DNA from: Camelus dromedarius
Taxonomy: Eukaryota
DNA length: 64,000 nt
Assembly (NCBI RefSeq): GCF_036321535.1
Contig: NC_087437.1
Location: 84,570,001-84,634,000, forward strand
Reading direction: 5' to 3'
This document shows, in pieces, positions 51,901-64,000 of this stretch (positions within the stretch are counted from its first letter, which is position 1; every line of letters begins with the position of its first letter). The notes beneath the pieces are model-generated. The model worked only from the letters and a program-made list of their open reading frames with translations, searched no databases and was not told where the DNA came from. The position numbers and the translations under genes were made by a program.

Positions 51901-54900
51901 TTGCCAATCAGTATTGTTTTCTGATTGTACACTCAGTTTCTATAAAATAATAGTGTGTAAAATGTTGGTTCTATTCTTACTGATCAAATTAGTAAAAGTA
52001 AATAAAAGTTGGTCATTGCTTCCAAAGGCCACTATTGAAAACTTCATTCCAAGGACTGTTTGATTTTTTTAAATGAGGTTTGCGTTGTGTGAACATTTTA
52101 ACATTTTCCAACACCATTTGTCATGCCTTGAATTTGGACATGATTAAAATGCAATATATTTTCTCATTGACAGATTGAAATGGTAGACAGTGGAGTTTTA
52201 ATAATCTTTTGAAATTGCTTTATCTATACTCCTGCAAAATATAAAAGAATAAATATAGTAATAGCCATTTTTTTTTACTGTATATGGGAAGTCTCGAAAC
52301 TTAAACATTAAAACAAATTACTTTGTGGCCTAATGAAGTATATAAAAAATAAGGTTACGCTATTTTTGAAATTAGTGATTCATGAGAATATGTCACATTG
52401 CTTAATTGGCTAAACTCAGCAGTATGTACTAATCATTAATGAGAGTAAAAAGGAATTAAACCACTAATGTCCTAAAAATTATTGAAGGGTAGTTCAAGAA
52501 AGGGTAGTAGGCTGGTCAAGGGTTATTTATGAAAAGAGTCAACAGAGGCAAAGTGCTGTAATATTCGTTAAAACTAGTGAAGGAGGCTCCTAAAATCGCA
52601 CCTTAAGGGCATTTCCTTATGGTCAGAATTCAAACTAATAATGCCACTTTGTTTTGATGTGGTTCATTGAAATTTAGTCTGGCATTTAAAACATTGGGCA
52701 TAATATGATTAGGAATGGAAAGTGGTTATAAGTTTCCTGTCAAATAATTTTTAAAAAGCTGTTAGATATTTATTTTATCTAAATAATGAAGGTTTGTTAA
52801 TGTTGGGCAAGTTCTTTTGTGTTTTTACTGCATTTGGTCTTGGAGATCAAAGAACAAAAATTCTCATCTTTACTTACAAATAGTATTATGAGTAAGAAGA
52901 TCAACACTTTGTACGTGAAATGGTCTTCGATTTATAAAGTGTATCCACATATACTTGCTATTTTATCTCTTCCCAAAGAGCATATTTATGGCAGGAAAAC
53001 TATTACATATGTTTTCATCACATATATTTTATATGTACACCTAAATAAAGAAGAAAAACTCTGCTTTATGTAACTTTTGAAAACTCTATGAATCTCTTTT
53101 AGAAGAAAAATATGTAAACACTTTAATTGTCTCAGTTATTTTGCTATGTAATTACAACATAATGTAAATAAAACAAGTATGAATTAACACAAATAACAAT
53201 GTGAGTAGCAGAGATCTTGGGAATGATGAAGCTTGTAAGAAGTGATCAGTAATGTAGCTCAGGTAAAAACTAAATGAATATGTACAGTTTAAACATATTC
53301 TTGTCCTCATCAGTCCAGTATTAGTCATTTAGAAAGATGGCTAAGAACATATCTATGATTACTGAATAGACATTGGGGGGATATTTAACCAAAAGTAGAC
53401 CATGTTGTTTATGTGCTAAATTGGGGATAAGCAGGGTGGAAGCCAATATTATTCTTAAGTCATGATCATAGCATGTGGTCATTTTCCATGTTAACAAAAC
53501 AGAGTTGATAATCGTGATTCAAAGATTCTGAAAACCAGTGACATATTCCAGAGCTATATCTATGCACTACCAAACAGATTTTGAAATTCCTTACCACGTG
53601 TGTTTAAAATGAGACCATTATTGGAAGTAATCTCAATATATGCTCTGTTACTGGCATTTTACTTTGTGATTATATCCCCCGAATTCTAAAACATGGCTGG
53701 TCTCACATAATTTTGTTGTCATCCTCAAAGAAAACAAAACAAAACAAAATAAAGAGTACTTTCTGACCAGGCGGCAACATCAACTATGACAGTATGATTA
53801 TAATAGACTCATTTAGATATACTTTAATTTGAGCTTAGATTTCTCTGTGGTTAGCTTGACTACTTTATGATTCCTATGCATTGCAGTTCTTTTCTGATAT
53901 TCTACTACATTTTAAGTAGCATGGACATGCTTTTTGGTGGCTGCTCTAGAGGAAGACATGAACATTTTTTCTAGGTAAAGTTGTTAATTGTTGCTCTTAT
54001 TAAATGAACCAGGTAACAAATCCTGATGAAGCCTCTCTAGTGTAAAGGGGTAAGTCATGATGGTGGGGTCAGAGTCTCCCAAACTTTTCACCACCATACT
54101 CCACTGTTATGACTGTGAAACCTTTGTTCCCAGGACATATCTGTCAGAAGATAACAATACAGTTTTTTTCTAGAAACCTGTGGCTGTGACTCACCTGTGC
54201 TTCATGATCTAGTTTTCTTACCTGCCATATTGTATCTGTTACTTTTATGTCTCCTGTTTGGGGCCACTGAGGCATAGTAATTCTTGTATGCTGTTAATGT
54301 TGATGCTGACAACGGTGGCAGGACCATGGATATCTATCTATGGTAGCAATGCAGCTGTTTCCTCTTGACATCGATGCCTGTCCCTGAGTTTGGAAGATGT
54401 CTTTCACAGGTAGTGACTCTCTCAATACCAGTAGGGCTCGCACGTGGACACTCAGTGTGCTAAATCTTTTTCTTTTCCCATTTCCTATTATTTTATGTCC
54501 ATTTTTATGGATTTTTAAAAATATTGTGACTCAAATATACACGTATGAGAACTTATATAATAAGAACAATCTTGGGGATGGTAAACTTCCTACTATTTAG
54601 AATTGCTCTTTTCCCCAGCTTTGATGTAATGACCATTATGACATAATGAATCAAATTTCTGAGACTCTACTTTTTCCTTAGGGTGAATTCCTTCATAGGT
54701 GATTCCTAATATCTTCTTGCCCAGGCAAGTTTGATTTCTAGGCTGTGTACAATGTGGTTTCAAACTTGAATCCCTGCTGCTCTGAACTATGCCAGCCGAA
54801 TCCCTTGAGCATGACATGGGAAAAGACATTAAAAAACACTTTGGATTCAGAAAATGAAGTCTGTTCTATTGAGTGTTGCAATATTGGTCCAAAAAGTGTG

Positions 54901-55832
54901 TTATTTCTCTTTCTGCCTTTTATAACCATAATCAATATTCTCAGGTCACTCCACTTTAAAGATACACTAGTATTTACTTTTTAAGCATTAAATACAGGTT
55001 TCTTATACTACTTTTTGCTCTACTGAAAGAAAAGAAGAAAGGGAAGGAAAATACTGTACAAATTGCATTATTTGATAAATTAATCTATCAATGTGTGGAT
55101 GTATACATATGCATATGTGTTTAAAGCAACACCAGTATTCCTGAATGGAAAATCAACAAAAAGAAACAACAAATAGATAATATTATAGTAAGAAAAATTT
55201 CTGTTTATTTTGCTTGATCATTTAAACAATGTTAAATAAATGTTACATTCAGTACTATTCTGTCATTGAATGCATGAATTTTTCCTGCAAAATAAATGAA
55301 CTGTAGCCAATAATATCATTGCAACAACAAATGCAAAGTAGGGGCATATTAATGTCCAGCAATGTCATTTACGCTTTTATATCTACTCTGTGCTGTTTGG
55401 CCTAGATTTGCTCTGTTAAAGTCCAATTATGTTTGGTGTCTCTTAGGCTAAGCATTTGTTTTGGGTTTCTTCAGTTGTAATCTCAAGTTTTCTTCATTAA
55501 TTTTGGCTCTCGAGATGAATTACAAGGTCAAAATAAACTAAGTTCAGTCATTGTATGTTTCTCATTTCCTTAGGATATGATATTTATCTCTGATAGATTT
55601 TATTTTTTCTAATAACTGTGTAACAGTTGATTCTCCATCTAATTTTAATAGAATTAAATTCTTTTGTTTGCCAAAGGTAAATGTCATAGTAATTTTTAAT
55701 CATATGTATTTTCCTTTTAATATTCAAATTTGCATTATTTCTGACAAATAAGCAAACATCTAATTGTTTACAAGATGGAAGATAACTTATTGCTTATTTG
55801 CAATACTGTTTGCAAAAATTTTCCTATTTAAA

Positions 55833-55913
55833 AAGATTACACTGTATAGGACAGGGAAATATACACAAAATGTTACGATAACTCACAGAGAAAAAAATGT
55901 AAAAAAAAAAAAA
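55833..55913 (+). mobile_element. Short camelid-type L1 3'UTR fragment ending in poly(A)
   Basis: acactgtataggacagggaaatatacacaaaatg...ctcacagagaaaaaaatgt followed by A13. Confidence 0.65.
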
Positions 55914-56399
55914 GAAATTATAAAATATTTGCCCTCTGTTATACTTTAGGTTAATCACTGTTTAAAATTCTGATTTTAGGAAGGCTAATTTATGAGTGAG
56001 TTTATTATTCCTATGTGGTTGAACTTTTTTCCTTTTGTTTATTTTAAAACATTTAATAAAATACAACTGCTTGTTTAGGGACAGATGCTGAAACAGGTTT
56101 TACAAACTTATGAGGTAGGTGTGAAAAATTTCATGCCCTTCTGATATCTGATCATTGACATACTAAACCTTTCTTCTTGTGAAAGGATTTAGGAATTTCC
56201 CATCATTCCTTTGTCCTACATTTCTCCCTTGTTTGCCTAAAGTTGATATTTTCACATTCACTGTCCCAAGCTACTGAGAGCTTTTAAAAATTTCATATAT
56301 TTCCTTCCACACTCTAACCTTATAGTGATTATGTACTTGAATAACAGTTTGCACCCTTGTCCCTGTTCTCTCTTTCTGAAACATCTATCTTTTTAAATT

Positions 56400-58330
56400 T
56401 GTTTTCTTGTAGCACTTGAGGGGTGTTTGCTACTTACTTCTCTGTCTCTGATAATACTTTCTCCATGGTTCTGATGAGGAATCTGCTCTTATTTGAACTG
56501 CCAGTTCTCTATAGATAAGGTGTGATTTCTGTCTTGCTGCTTTCTAGGTTTTGTAATTTAGTTTTGGAAGTTTGACTATAATGTGTCTTGGATTACAATA
56601 GCTTCTTGTGGTGTATCCTGTTTGAGGATTGCTCACATCTTGAATATATAGGTTTATATTACTCGACAAATTTAGGTTTATATTACTTGTTATGATTTAC
56701 TCAGGACCGTTTTTTAGCCCTGTCCTCTTTCTGCTTGCCTTCTGGGATTCCAGTGGCTCAAAAGTTAGATCTTTTGTTAATAGTTCCCAGATTCCTGTAT
56801 CTCTACTCATTTTTTCCTTGTACTTTTATCTCTGTTTGTCAGATTGGGTAATTTTCTTTGTTATAGTTTTCAATTTACTTATTATTTATTCTGTCCTCTC
56901 CATTCTATTGTTGAACATATCTTTGGAGTTTTAAAATTTCATTTATTTTTCAGTTATTTTATTTTCATTTTGTTCTTCTTTATATCTTCTACTTCCTTGT
57001 TGAGACTTTCTATTTTCTCATTTGTTTCAAGCATGTTCATATTTACCCATCAAAGCATTTTTATGGTGGCCAATTTGTTGATTTATTTAGGTGCCAAACA
57101 ATTTTTATTTGTGTGCTCATATGATCATTATAATGCTTTGATAGTTACACTCATTTTTCTTTTAACTTCCTTAATGTAAAAACTGGAAGGTGGCAGAGCT
57201 AAGATGCTGGCTGCTTAAAAATCTTTGTCAGATATGTCTAACCTTGTCATCTTAGTGTTCATATATAATTGATAATATTTTTTCATATAGTTTGGGATCT
57301 TCCTGGTTTTGATCTTTCTATATAATACATTATTTTTATTTGAAATCTAACCATTTGAGTATAACGTTATGAGGCTCTGGATCTTATTCAAACTTTGTTT
57401 TATCTGGCTTCCTCTGACACCTCTCTGGCAGAAGTACCATCTCATTACTGCCAAGTGGGGGCAGAAGTCCAGTTTATCTATTGGCCTCCACTGATACCTT
57501 GGGAGGGGGAGCACTTCTCTTGTTTAGTGGGGTGGGACTTCTGGCTCACCACTGGGCCCCTCTGACAGTTCCCTGACTGGGACGGATAGGAGTGCCTCAT
57601 TATAGCTCCCCACATGACCTGTACTGACACCTCAGGTGGGAGTTCTGGGGAGAATTAACCTCCTTACTGTTAGATAATGGTAAGGAGGCCTTTTCTTGGC
57701 CCCTCTGACATGACCTCAGATGAAGAGGGAAGTACCCCTCCTTACTGTCAGATGTGGATAGAAACCCAAGTTCCCTGCATCATCCCTCCTGGTGTCTTGG
57801 GAGCTTGTTACAGCCCATTGGGGATGAAAATCCAAGCTCTTGACTTTACCTTAGCTGACACCACACCTGGAGGTAGGGGAGTTGGGGCTCCTCATTACAG
57901 TCCAGCCAGTGTGGAAGCCTAGGTTACCTCCTTGGTCTTTGCTGGTAAGACTAGAAGTAGACACAGTTTTCCCCTCCTGTGGTGTTTAGCTGGCTAGCAC
58001 AGTGGTTCCTGGCAGTTATGTTTTCCTGTGTTCTGCTGCCCCTTTCTGAGTCTGTTGGTTTTTGTTGGGATTTTGTTTTTTTGTTTTTAGATTGTGCCCA
58101 ATTTTGTCTTTCCAGATTCTTTAGCATCAAATCTGGAATATAGGAGGCAAAAAGGAAACCCAGGAAAGTCACTACCATTTTGTTCTTAGGGTCATGAGAT
58201 TCTTAGCTGGTTGCTGTCTTCTCTCTACTTGTCAGTGTCTTTATATATATGTCTTATATGTAACATCCAGAGTTCTGTTTATACTTAAAGGATGGAATAG
58301 AATATCAGCTATTTCTTCTTGGAAATGGAA
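56400..58330 (-). mobile_element. Old L1M ORF1 plus 5'UTR remnant
   Basis: ttgactataatgtgtcttgg, ttgagactttctattttctcatttgtttcaagcatgttc; GC-richer 5'UTR 57400-58050. Confidence 0.75.
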
Positions 58331-58809
58331 AACTTTGTTCTATTAATTTTAAACTTTTGCTGCCATTTTCTTAATTTGTAATTCTTTCTGATTCTCTTTG
58401 TTGCTTTATTAAAACATTACCAATCTTGTGTACCAGGTCAACATATTCTCATTTCAATAGAATAATACTAGTTATATATTTATTTATAATTTGATTTCCT
58501 TTCAAAATTGGCTTTATTTACCTTTATGTCCATTGCTTCTATTTGTTGGTTTTGTTGTCTTTCTTTTATAGTAGAGACATTCCACAGATAGTTTATTATC
58601 CTTGTCTGTCCACTTTTATTTATGTTTCATGAGAAGCTAATCAGAAGTTCCAGTAGAGTACGCAGGCTTGTTAACTGATTGGACTAAATTTAGCGTGACT
58701 GGGCAGGGACTCATCCATTTCACTAGAGTCCTCTAAATGCAAGATTTGTAATTTTCTTGTTTGCGTAGATGACACAGAAGTACTTGCAGCATTGCAATAG
58801 GGAACTGAC

Positions 58810-58869
58810 AAGGAAGGAAGGAAGGAAGGAAGGAAGGAAGGAAGGAAGGAAGGAAGGAAGGAAGGAAGG
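58810..58869. repeat. (AAGG)15 microsatellite
   Basis: Perfect tetranucleotide array. Confidence 0.95.
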
Positions 58870-59454
58870 AAAAAGACATGGAGAACAACTTGAATATACT
58901 TATTCAGATTGCAGAGGGAAAAAACAATATGATGGAAATGATGAGAGAGGAGGAAATGATAGTAATCACTCATGGAAGACAGCCAGAGTAAGAATCGCTT
59001 CCTATTGGCATAAGGCCCAATAACAATAAATAAAATACTGTAGAAGCACATAAATAACAAAATGTTAAACATATTCCAGGGGAAAATTATGAAAAGAGAC
59101 CAAATCCAAACAAAAACTAAGAATAAATGTCTTAATATAGGGGGAAAAGAAACAGTCTACCATCAATCCATGAAAACACAAACAAAACTTGTTGGTTCAT
59201 TATTTCTCTTCAACAAAATTAAAATGTGTGATTTTCAGCTATTATTACTTAATCTTCATGGAGAATTGTTATTTATGACATCACATATTTAAAAATGCAT
59301 TCACGTTTTATTTACACATAAAAGTTGTTTGGGCGAAAATATTATACTTAATACCTTAGTGATAGTGACTTTCTTATCTAGAGTCCATGTATTTAAAGGA
59401 AAATCAAATTAGGGGGTTACATGTGTGGAGATAGTAATTTACTTGGTTGGATTT

Positions 59455-60505
59455 AAGTTTTTAAGATTGAGTTTAGTTGTACAACAGCTGTATGTTCACA
59501 GCAAAATTAAGCAGAAAGTACACAGAGTTGCCATATGCCTCATGACCCTACACATTCAGAGCCTCCCCCTTAATTTAACACCTCACACTAGAGTGGTGCA
59601 TGTGTTACAATTGATTAACCTACATTGACACATCATTACCACCGAAAGTCTATAGTTTATGTTAACATTCGCTCTTTTTGTTGTGCATTCTATGGGTTTT
59701 GACAAATGTGTAATGACATGTACTCACCTTTATATTATCACACAGAGTATTTTCACTGCCCTAAAAATCCTCTGAGCTCTGCCTATTCATTCCTCCCCCT
59801 CCCCTGGCCCCTGGAAACCACTGATCTTTTTACTGTCTTCATAGTTTTGCCTTGTCCAGAAAGACATATAGTTGGAATCATTTAGTATGTAGCCTTTTCA
59901 ATTTGGCTTCTTTCATTAGTAATACGCATTTAAGATTCCTTCATATCTTTTTTTTATGGATTGCACCTCATTTCTTTTTCACCCTGAATAATACTGCGTT
60001 GTCTGGATATACCACAGTTCGTTTATCCATTTACCTACTGAAGGACATCTTGGTTGCTTTTAAGTTTTGGCGCTGATGAATACAGCTACAATAAACACCC
60101 CTGTACAGCCAGCACTTGGTGTTGTAAATGTTTCAATTTTTGTCCATTCTAATATGTGTGTAGTGGTACCTCAGTGTTGTTTTAATTTACCATTCTGTAA
60201 TGACATCTAATGTTGGGCATTTTTTTTTCATATGTTTACTTGTCTTCTTTGGTCAGGTGTCAGTTCAGATCTTTCTCCCATGTTTTTAATCAGGGTTTTC
60301 ATTTTCTTATTGTTGATTTTTAATAGTTCTTTTATCAAGTATGCCTTTTGCAAATATTTTTCCTCGTCTGTGTCTTGTCTTCTCACTCTCTGACAATATT
60401 TTCCACAGAGTAGAACTTTTAAATTTTAATGATGTCTAAAATATTTCTTCCATGGGTTGTGTCTTTCATGTTGTATCTAAAAAAAATCATCACCAAACCC
60501 AAGAT
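59455..60505 (-). mobile_element. L1MC/MD 3' region
   Basis: gttcacagcaaaattaagcagaaagtacacagagtt...ccatttacctactgaaggacatcttggttgc. Confidence 0.85.
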
Positions 60506-62926
60506 TATTTGTGTTTTTAAACATATTTGAAATGAAAATTTACAAAATATATCAAGAATGAATTTGTAAATTGGCTTCCAGTAGCCCAAAGTTTGACTAA
60601 TAGTTTTGATATTTTATAGAAAGTGAATTGTTAGATAATCACTTTTAGACTAGATGCAAAAATAAAAGAATGCTTGGTTAAATGCCACTTAGTGGTTTGG
60701 GTTCTGGGAGAAGTGTATTTGGGTACATAACTGTTTTTCAGTCACCTTTAACTCTATGTATTTGAAATACACCCCTCACCCAAAACACACAATTATTTTC
60801 CATATTTAGAACTGAACTCCTTCCTTTGGTCAATCTGAATCTTGATTTTGGCAGAGGGTGGGCGGGGGAGAGAAGGAAATAATTGTTGTCTCCTTCTTTG
60901 AAGTCTTTTGAACTTCTTTAGGGCATGCAGGCTGCACACTATCTGTCAGTCACTTTTCCAGTATTTTAAAAATGCCTTTATATTGCTTTATATATATAGT
61001 TTTTTTCCCATCTTCTAGATGCAGATTTCCTCAGGCTAGTACAAGAAGACTATCTTACTAATTTTTATAGCCTTTTGCAGCCATAACTGGGTTAAGATAT
61101 AAAATCTGAGCATGGTATAGTCAGTAGGTTTCAGATACTCTGCACAAAAAGAAAGGTTAGAAAGAAGCTTGTTTGCTATATGTCTCACCAAGACCCCTTA
61201 TTCTAAACTGGGTAAGAAATAAAGGATGAGCAAAAGTTGAGAAGGAAACAGAGCATGTAGAATGAGAACAGTTATTTCCCAGAGTAGAGATCACTGAAAA
61301 TTACGTATGGGAATTCTAGAGCAATGGATGCTTCCTGCTAAGACTTGATTTTAAGTAGATTAACATGAATCCAGAGAAGTAGCCATGATGGCAAGTATTC
61401 AAATAAACCTCAGAGGATATGCTTAGGAAAATGGTCCTCAAATCAATAAAAATGTAGAGGCTTAATTAAAAATTTCTCATTAATCAAGAAAGGAAAAAAA
61501 TCTAATTAATATATTTAATTAATAATAAGATTTACTAATAAATAATTTTATGCAATTGTTAGACAAATATATGCTCCAGTCACATTAGTCTCTCACAAAT
61601 TATTTTATTAAAAATTTTGCAAAGAGTTTCTAAGATGATCTAAATTACCTAAAAATATTAAAATGTGTTTTCAGTACTCTTACAATTGAACTGGGAGAAA
61701 ATTATTTTTGTTCAAATATTGACATGTTTGGTCATAAATCTAACTCTAAATTTTCTATGATAAGACTTTTACACTTAAGGAGTGTTTAAGCCATTTATAT
61801 AAGGGAGGTATTTATAAAACTACAACTGTTTTGCTATTCATCTGGACTTGGGTATCTTTAAAAAATAATTCAACTTGGAAAACAATTAAGCCTACAAAAT
61901 GATACTGCAATTCTAAGTGAGTTTAGTTTGTGTAATCATTATGAATCACTAGGTTTACTCTAGAATCTTATTTACAAAGCGCCTTCCTATCACAGTTCTG
62001 GGTGGGTCTCTAATAACTGTCAGAAGGGTTCTGGATATTCACTGTTTATATATAAAATCTAGTTAAATGTTCTCTGCATCTCATGCTACTCAGTTTTATG
62101 TACTAAATTTCCTTTTTGAACTTCAAGCCTGAGTGACTTCTTCCTGATGCAAGCTAAATTCTAATAAAGCTAAGGTTTTGATCATTGACAGTTAGAAGCT
62201 TTCTAACCTAGCCAAACTCTATCACGTTTCTTTATTGCGTTTTCTAACTCATGTAGTTAAAATGTAGCAGTTATTTGTAATTTTTTGATAAACATATTAT
62301 TAAAAGTATTTTTCTATTCTAAATATATCTGAATCATTTTAAAACATATAGATACACTAGCTTTACCATGTTTTAATTATATTTTTGATGTTTATTAAAA
62401 TAAAGCAATAATATCATAGAACACATAAGATTTTACAAATCTTTGTATAATATATAAACTTACCAATTTATTATATTAATGCATATTATAATTCTCACCT
62501 TTCACTCATTGATTTATGAAATAGTTGTCTTAATGAGATAATTTATAATTTTGAATAAAGGAAAGAAACTATTCAATATTTTTTTGTATCTTAACCTGAG
62601 GTACCTAAAGTGCTCCTTTAGAAGCAAGGGCTAATGAGGGAAAGGATGGTGAGTGCATAAATGTGTACCCTGCTTTACCAAAAAAAAAAAAAAAAGAAAA
62701 GAAAAGAAACTGGGAAGAGGAGTAAAAATAATGTTTAAACACCTATTTACAAATTATGGGTCGTTTTTAAAAAGGTGAGTAAATTGTAGTAAATATTGAT
62801 ACTGGTGGTAATTAAAACATAAGGAAGGAAAAATTACCCATTCAAAAAGGAGACATGTTACAGCAGTCAAGATCCATTCAGGAAAATGGAGAGTACGCTA
62901 TGTATGTAAAAAAGGATTAAATCAGA

Positions 62927-62976
62927 TTGTTGTTGTAGTTGTTGATTATTATTATTATTATCATCATCACCATCAT
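62927..62976. repeat. Compound trinucleotide repeat (GTT/ATT/ATC)
   Basis: ttgttgttgtagttgttgattattattattattatcatcatcaccatcat. Confidence 0.8.
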
Positions 62977-63045
62977 TTTACTTGAAGGAAGACCTGAAAA
63001 CATGAAGAGTATGCAGTGAGGGGACCCAGAAATTAGCAACATCAG

Positions 63046-63500
63046 TGTGATGGTTAATTTTATGTGTCAGCTTGACTAAGCCACAGGATACTCAGATTTG
63101 GTCAAACATCATTCTAGGTGTTTCTATCAGGAGGTTTTTGTTTGAGATTAGCATTTAAATTGATAGATGAGTAAAGCGGATTGCCCTGCCTAATGTGAAC
63201 AGGCCTCATACAATCAGTTGAAGATCTGAATAGAGCAGAAAGTCTGGCCTTACTCTGAGTAAGAGTGAATTCTTCCTGCCTGATAGCCTTTGAGTAGAAT
63301 ATCAGTTTTTTTCCCGCCTTTGGCCTCAAATTGAAACACAGCTCTTCCTGGATTTTGAGCCTCCATTCTTCAGTATTTCCGGTCTGAAGAATACATCAGC
63401 TCTCCTGGTTCTCAGGCTTTGGACTCAGACTAAAACTACACCATTGGTTCTTCTGGGCATCCAGCTTGCCAAATCACCCTGCAGATCTTGGGACAGCCTT
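63046..63500 (+). mobile_element. ERVL MLT2 LTR, interrupted; AT/CA-rich tail resumes ~63886-64000
   Basis: TGtgatggttaattttatgtgtcagcttgactaagccacagg is the canonical MLT2 start. Confidence 0.85.
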
Positions 63501-63885
63501 TATAAGGATGGAAAAAAAAAAAAAAATACAGGAAGCACTGTGTGCTTTAGGTAATGGTCCTAGATAGTGAAGACACATAACTAAGGAATAATTTAAATGA
63601 GCCCAGACTCTTACATCTTCCCATACAAGAAGAAAAGTACTAAAATCTTTCAGTTGAGATGTGTGTTCTTTGTGATTAGCAGTAATCTTTTGATATTCAA
63701 CTACATATTTTTTCTCAGAAAAAAAAAAAAAAAAGCACCACATATATCCTGGCTCCTCCCTTACCTCTCCAGGGTTGTCCTCAGAGCTGTCTGAGAGGCT
63801 GTCTCCAAGGCTATAGTCCTCAATAAGATCCCTGAATAGAACTTAACTCACAACATTTAGGGTGTACATTTTTCTTCAGTTGACA
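63501..63885 (+). mobile_element. ERV1-class solo LTR nested in MLT2
   Basis: ggctcctcccttacctc...tctgagaggctgtctcc...gtcctcaataag...cttcagttgaCA; TSD not resolved. Confidence 0.7.
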
Positions 63886-64000
63886 CACGAATACATACAC
63901 ACACACATATATATGGAATGTATGTATCTATGCATCATATATATATATCTCCTTATATATGCATATCAATTGATCTTTGTATATGTAACCTGTTGGTTTT

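Noticed and set aside
58671..59072. ORFs with FLPS/RKEG repeats
   Set aside because: Translations of the (AAGG)n microsatellite.

Overview
AT-rich, CpG-poor mammalian non-coding DNA (intergenic or deep intronic). A Vic-1-type tRNA-derived SINE at 491-636 and a camelid-type L1 3'UTR piece suggest a camelid genome. I found no intact protein-coding gene. The ORF track is explained by L1 remnants, LTRs, simple repeats and chance. Most of the window is a layered record of transposons: L1, L2, MIR, MaLR/ERVL/ERV1 LTRs, Tigger and hAT. Main observations: (1) a 231-bp insert carrying the C-terminal 36 codons of EPHX1 sits inside an MLT1 LTR, with no poly(A) and no flanking TSD; (2) a TSD-flanked L1 keeps its 5'UTR, ORF1 and 3'UTR but lacks almost all of ORF2 (half-L1 layout); (3) a twin-primed L1 is nested in a MaLR provirus; (4) a 71-bp orphan retro-insertion has a perfect 20-bp TSD. 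I see no evidence for a novel multi-gene system. Repeat subfamily names come from remembered consensus sequences, not a database search, and boundaries of old repeats are approximate.
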